Position numbers and translations under genes: made by a program. DNA of 64,000 nt, from positions 5,504,001 through 5,568,000 of the forward strand of contig OY762069.1 of the NCBI GenBank assembly GCA_963665095.1. Reading direction: 5' to 3'. Under the pieces are notes generated by a model. The model was not told the DNA's origin and made no database searches. It was given only the letters and a program-made list of their open reading frames with translations. Below are positions 59,386 through 64,000 of this stretch, piece by piece. This DNA is from an uncultured Desulfobacter sp. (GTDB lineage Bacteria > Desulfobacterota > Desulfobacteria > Desulfobacterales > Desulfobacteraceae). Numbering within the stretch: position 1 is the stretch's first letter; the number at the start of each line of letters is the position of its first letter.

Positions 59386-60630
59386 GTGGTACCGGATTTA
59401 TTTATGAAATGCCAAACTCAAACAGAAAACAAAAAAATTTTGGTGCTGGGGATGGGATGCGTCTCTGCCGCAGGCGTTACCATCGAAGAGAACCTGACCC
59501 ATCTGTTTTCAGAACAGCAAAAAAGTTGCCTGCCTTCAAGGTTCACCACCGATCACAGCCCGGCGTTTCCTGTTTTTGAAGTCACGCTGCCAGCCCCTGA
59601 TTCCATTTTTACCGTAAAGGAGCAAAAGGCCATTGCCACCCTTTCTCTGACTTGCAGATTGATGATTGAGGCCGCATCCAGAGCCATTGTTCAGGCAGGA
59701 ATTCTGCCTGAATGGTTTGCAGGAAAACGGGTTGGCGTCTGTGTGGGGACATCTGTGGGCAGTACCCCCAATTCCGTATCGTTTTATCGAGATTTCCGCC
59801 AGGGCAAAAATCCGGATACGACGGATTTTACGCGTTACCTGAGAAGCAACCCGGCCCAGAGCCTGTCCAGGCTGCTCAATCTGAACGGCCCGGTTCAGAC
59901 CATTAACAATGCCTGCGCTTCAGGAACAGATGCCATCGGTATTGCTGCCTGCTGGCTTCAACAGGGCATTTGTGACGTTGCCCTGGCCGGGGGAGCGGAT
60001 GAGCTTTCAAAGGTGTCCTATAATGGATTTGCATCGTTGCAAATCCTGGATCACAGCCCTGCCCGCCCCTTTGACCAGAACCGGAGGGGATTGAACCTTG
60101 GCGAGGGGGCCGGTATGGTACTGATGGGCACCGAAGGCATGCCATCCAAAGCGCCCGTTTGGGGAAAAGTAAGGGGATACGGAATCAGTAACGACCGGTA
60201 CCATCTGGTTGCACCGCATCCGGAAGGGAGAGGCCTGAAAGCAGCCCTTGATCAGGGCTTACACTTTGCCAAAGCCACCTCTGACCAGATCAGTTTTGTC
60301 AATGCCCACGGCACTGGCACCCGGGACAATGATCTTGTGGAGAGCCGGGCCCTGGCAGAGAAACTGCCTGGTGTCCCCTTTTTCTCAACCAAGGGCAGTA
60401 CCGGTCATACACTGGGCGCGGCCGGTGCCATTGAGGCTATTTATACCCTGGTCTGTCTGAATATGGGAAAAATCCCTTCGAGCAAAGGGTTTGAACATCC
60501 CGATCCAGACATGCCCTGTTCCCCCGTCACATCACCTATGCCGGTGACAGGTAATCTGGCTGTCTCTCAATCCCTGGCATTTGGAGGACATAACAGCGTG
60601 CTGGTGCTGGAAAAAGGAGAGGGCATATGA
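59386..60630 (+). CDS. Beta-ketoacyl-ACP synthase (FabF-like, aryl-polyene-type KS)
   Basis: NACASG, GLNLGEGAG, NAHGTGT, KGSTGHTLGAAG, SLAFGG. Start may be ATG 59404. Confidence 0.9.
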   Translation: MVPDLFMKCQTQTENKKILVLGMGCVSAAGVTIEENLTHLFSEQQKSCLPSRFTTDHSPAFPVFEVTLPAPDSIFTVKEQKAIATLSLTCRLMIEAASRAIVQAGILPEWFAGKRVGVCVGTSVGSTPNSVSFYRDFRQGKNPDTTDFTRYLRSNPAQSLSRLLNLNGPVQTINNACASGTDAIGIAACWLQQGICDVALAGGADELSKVSYNGFASLQILDHSPARPFDQNRRGLNLGEGAGMVLMGTEGMPSKAPVWGKVRGYGISNDRYHLVAPHPEGRGLKAALDQGLHFAKATSDQISFVNAHGTGTRDNDLVESRALAEKLPGVPFFSTKGSTGHTLGAAGAIEAIYTLVCLNMGKIPSSKGFEHPDPDMPCSPVTSPMPVTGNLAVSQSLAFGGHNSVLVLEKGEGI

Positions 60631-61565
60631 TTGTTGCCATCCGGGGGATCGGACCGATTGGTGCATTCGGGACAGGCAGAACAGATCTGGCAGAAGCACT
60701 TGACAAGCACTTGAATACAACTTCACAAACCGGTCAACACCTTGAGACTGTATTCAAAACGGACACCTCAACACTGTCAAATTTTGTAGCGGCAAAAAAG
60801 CTGCGGCGCATGGATCATTATGCCTGCATGGTCCTTTTATCCGCAGGCCTTGCCCTGAAGGATGCCGGTTTAAGTGCTGAAGAAAAAAAAGAAACCGGTA
60901 TAATTCTGGCCACCGGTCATGGCCCGATTGAAACCGGTTTTTCTTTTCTGGAATCATTTATAGACAAGGGGGACAGCTTAAGCAAACCCACACGATTCTC
61001 AACCTCGGTACATACCTTTTCTGCATCATCGTTGTCTTTAATCTATGGCATTGAAGGGCCGGTCCTCAATGTGGCGGATTTTGATCTGCCTTTTATTTCA
61101 GCCATCATAACGGCTGTTGCCTGGCTTAAAGAAAAACGGGTATCTCATGTACTTGTTGGGGGCGTAGACGAACTGAGCAAGGCCGCCATGTACGCTGCCC
61201 CTGTGCCGCATCCAGGGGAGGGCGGCTGTTTTTTTATTTTATCTGAAGCATCCAACGCTGCCATCGACCTGGCACATGCTGATATTTTTGATCCCGGCGC
61301 TATGGATCCTGCATTCCTGCAGGACTACTGTTTTATCGGACGGGAAATGGAAAAAAACGTGCTCACCCCGGTCATGGCTCCTTGGATTCTTACAACAGAA
61401 ACCCTTTACGGCAATTTTCCATCCTCCGCAGCCCTTGATCTTGCCTGCGCTGCCATTTTGCAGACCCATTCCGGCATTGCCGGAAAGTGCAATGTAAATG
61501 CCGGACGGCGGCTGGGTTCTATTCGTACCGGCCGCCGTCTGTGTGGAACAATCATGCTTGCCTAG
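60627..61565 (+). CDS. Ketosynthase chain-length-factor-like protein (no catalytic Cys)
   Basis: LRRMDH, PTRFSTSVH, VLVGGVDE, GEGG; ATGA-coupled to the KS. Confidence 0.72.
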   Translation: MIVAIRGIGPIGAFGTGRTDLAEALDKHLNTTSQTGQHLETVFKTDTSTLSNFVAAKKLRRMDHYACMVLLSAGLALKDAGLSAEEKKETGIILATGHGPIETGFSFLESFIDKGDSLSKPTRFSTSVHTFSASSLSLIYGIEGPVLNVADFDLPFISAIITAVAWLKEKRVSHVLVGGVDELSKAAMYAAPVPHPGEGGCFFILSEASNAAIDLAHADIFDPGAMDPAFLQDYCFIGREMEKNVLTPVMAPWILTTETLYGNFPSSAALDLACAAILQTHSGIAGKCNVNAGRRLGSIRTGRRLCGTIMLA

Positions 61566-61586
61566 CGGATTCTCAGGGGTGAAGAA

Positions 61587-62597
61587 TTAATAAAAGGTAT
61601 ACCTGAGCAAAATGGAAATTACAGATGAGCTATGATCGGTGCCAGCAGCGTCACGATAAAATAAGACCAAGTCGTAGTCATTATAATACCAGACCGAATC
61701 ATCCTGCATCTCATCGTAATGAAGATAGGCGTAGCCGACATCCACGGCAACCGTTCTGGTGATGTTAAAACTTGCTTTAATATCCGCAGCAAATAAATCA
61801 CCGCCGTTGAAATCATCATGGGTGATAAGATTTCTCATATAGTGATGATCAATGGCCTCACACTGCACCAGTGGTGAATAAATGGCGCGACCGGACAATG
61901 ACACGACTTTATTAAAGTTAAGGTTGAAACCAAAGCCGACATAAACAGCCCAGAATGTCTGTTCATAACTGATTACAAGCTCATTCGGGTCAAACGAACC
62001 AGTGGTGTCCCGGAAGCTGGAATCAGTATACACATAGTCTCCGCCATAGGCATCCCAATTAAAACTATCCCTTTTAAACCCCAGAATAAACGACAATCCG
62101 ACAATCGGTTTATTTATAAATTTCCAGGCGCCATTAATATCAAGCATGGTCACAGAAGTGACATCTGTATCGTCGTGATGAGACCAGTCGGTCCAATCTC
62201 CCCCGACATTGGCCCAGTCATAATCATCCATGGTACCTTCTCCGTCTGTGGCACTGAAGTATCCGTTAAAATTAATGCTCCAGTCTTTTAAAAACGAAAT
62301 ACAGGCGGTAACATTTATCAGATACTGGCTGTCAATTTCCCAGGTAAGCTCACTGGCTTTATGGTTATTGTATTCCGGCCAGAAAACAAGCTCTTTGGAT
62401 TCACCTGTCATATATCCTGCTCCCAGCCCGACACTAAATGTCGTTGATCCATCTGCGGTCTCGCCACTTACGAGCTCCCCTTTTTGTCCTGTTCCAAACC
62501 TGCCCGAAGCGGCTTGAGCCTCGAACAGGGTTAAGGTTAGACATACAGAGACGATAGCGGCACCAAAGTAACAAACAGCTTTGCGTCTGAACCCCAT
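61587..62597 (-). CDS. Omptin-family outer-membrane protease
   Basis: Signal peptide, GESKELV, SELTW, MDDYDW, DHHYMR, C-terminal YTFY. Confidence 0.88.
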   Translation of the reverse strand: MGFRRKAVCYFGAAIVSVCLTLTLFEAQAASGRFGTGQKGELVSGETADGSTTFSVGLGAGYMTGESKELVFWPEYNNHKASELTWEIDSQYLINVTACISFLKDWSINFNGYFSATDGEGTMDDYDWANVGGDWTDWSHHDDTDVTSVTMLDINGAWKFINKPIVGLSFILGFKRDSFNWDAYGGDYVYTDSSFRDTTGSFDPNELVISYEQTFWAVYVGFGFNLNFNKVVSLSGRAIYSPLVQCEAIDHHYMRNLITHDDFNGGDLFAADIKASFNITRTVAVDVGYAYLHYDEMQDDSVWYYNDYDLVLFYRDAAGTDHSSSVISILLRYTFY

Positions 62598-62734
62598 AAT
62601 ATCCTCCTTGAAGCCGGGACAGGATAGCCCCTTGGCCCTTATACAGTTTTGAACATCATACCAATACGAATGAAACGCACTGTAACATTAAACCTGGACA
62701 ATGACCAGCCACGTTCCAGGGTATTCCGCCTTCC

Positions 62735-63736
62735 TTAAAAGGTGTAGGTAAGTCCAATTGAAAACACAGATGAATCATGGTCTGCGCCGCCACCGTCAGG
62801 ATAGCTTGCAGCAACGCCATAGTCATAATAATACCAGATGGAATCACCCTGCATCTCGTCATAGTAAAGATATGAATACCCGATATCCACGGCAAAATGC
62901 CTGGTTATATTTAAAATCGCTTTAATATCAAAGGCGAACATATCACCGTTTTCGAGTTCGTCCTCTGTGACAAGGTTTCTCATGTAGTGATGATCAACCG
63001 CCTTACACTCTGCAAAGGGTGAATAAATGGCGCGTGCCGAAAGCGAAAACATTCTGCCCAGGGTTAGGCCAAAACCAAGGCCGGTGTAAACCGCACGAAA
63101 TGTCTGCTCATAGCCGATTGCAGGCTCGCCTTCGTCAAACGAACCTGTTGTATCCCGGAAGTCTGTGTCTGTATAAACATAGGTGCCGCCATAAGATTCC
63201 CAGTTGAAATTATCTCTTTTAAAGCCGATCAGGCAGGCGATGCTTAACACCCGGTTATTAATAAATCTCCAGCCGGCATTAACATCCAGCATATTGGCCT
63301 CGGTGACATCCGTATCTTCGTGGTGTGACCAGTGGGTCCAGTCGCCGCCAACATTTGTCCAGTCATAATCATCCATAGTGCCGTCGCCGTCTGTTGCCTT
63401 AAACCATCCGTCTATCTTGAAAAACCATCTTCTTGCAATGGTAAGGGACCCGTTGATATTAGCCATGTAAAGGTTGTCTATTTTCCAGGTTAGCTCGCTT
63501 GCCTTATGATTGTTGTTTTCCGGCCAGAAAACAAGTTCCTTTGATTCACCCGTTAAATAGCCTGCGCCCAGTCCAATAGAAAATTTAACCACACCATCTC
63601 CCAGCTCAGCTATCTCAGGTGTTCGCCCCAACCCCCTTACCGTGGCAGCCGCCTGAACCATTGAGGCCGTTAAAATAAGATATGCACAGAAAATAAGACC
63701 GGCAGTACCGTAAACCAGTTTGCTTCTGATCGTCAT
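62735..63736 (-). CDS. Omptin-family outer-membrane protease (tandem paralog)
   Basis: Same motifs and C-terminal YTF. Start likely at 63736 after GGAGG. Confidence 0.88.
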   Translation of the reverse strand: MTIRSKLVYGTAGLIFCAYLILTASMVQAAATVRGLGRTPEIAELGDGVVKFSIGLGAGYLTGESKELVFWPENNNHKASELTWKIDNLYMANINGSLTIARRWFFKIDGWFKATDGDGTMDDYDWTNVGGDWTHWSHHEDTDVTEANMLDVNAGWRFINNRVLSIACLIGFKRDNFNWESYGGTYVYTDTDFRDTTGSFDEGEPAIGYEQTFRAVYTGLGFGLTLGRMFSLSARAIYSPFAECKAVDHHYMRNLVTEDELENGDMFAFDIKAILNITRHFAVDIGYSYLYYDEMQGDSIWYYYDYGVAASYPDGGGADHDSSVFSIGLTYTF

Positions 63737-63953
63737 ATAATCCTCCATATAAAAATTGATTTTCGAAAATAAAATACAGATTAAGTTAACATGGCTTTAT
63801 CATGGACATAAAAAGCCCCTAAAAGGGACATTGATAACCTGGTAACCTACAAAGATTTAGATGGGATTATAAATGGATATCGATACAACTGGCAACAGGT
63901 AATCTTAATGATTTACAGAAGACACCTCTTTATACCTGCATTATATGAATAAT

Positions 63954-64000
63954 TAGTGCCTGAACGAAAACCCCGTGTTTGGTGTTTGGATGGCTCGCAA
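63954..64000. repeat. Second, partial copy of the MITE-like repeat end
   Basis: 63957-63990 matches 44157-44190 at 31 of 34 nt; cut by the window edge. Confidence 0.6.

Overview
Bacterial DNA. The gene content (sigma-54 regulation, PEP-CTERM protein, periplasmic CbiK, Desulfovibrio-type bacterioferritin) suggests a Desulfobacterota sulfate reducer; this is an inference. Main blocks: (1) 1-1.9 kb, a DUF2868-like membrane protein followed by a P-loop GTPase. (2) 2-30 kb, a large MSHA-like type IV pilus locus: PilM-PilN fusion, PilO, PilP-like protein, secretin, ExeA/MshM ATPase, PilB with an MshEN domain, PilC, a membrane-anchored sigma-54 activator, major pilin, three minor pilins, a 1102-aa PilX-beta-propeller fusion and PilT. 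(3) Between the major and minor pilins lies a visibly AT-rich seven-gene cassette: GT-C-like membrane transferase, GT2, radical SAM/SPASM enzyme, aldehyde dehydrogenase, ATP-grasp ligase, SMR/EamA flippase and WecE aminotransferase. It looks like a self-contained pathway that builds an unusually N-acylated amino sugar and attaches it to the pilin, and it is the best candidate for an undescribed system. (4) A hybrid histidine kinase followed by a collapsed TolC/PAS-MacA/MacB relic. (5) A riboswitch-controlled anaerobic cobalamin operon containing a MITE. (6) Bacterioferritin with a 5' homopolymer frameshift, an IS remnant, and a molybdate regulator with modABC. (7) A DarB-like synthase, B12 radical SAM enzyme and KS/CLF pair, then two tandem omptins. 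I saw no rRNA, tRNA or CRISPR array. All assignments come from motif reading; no database searches were run.
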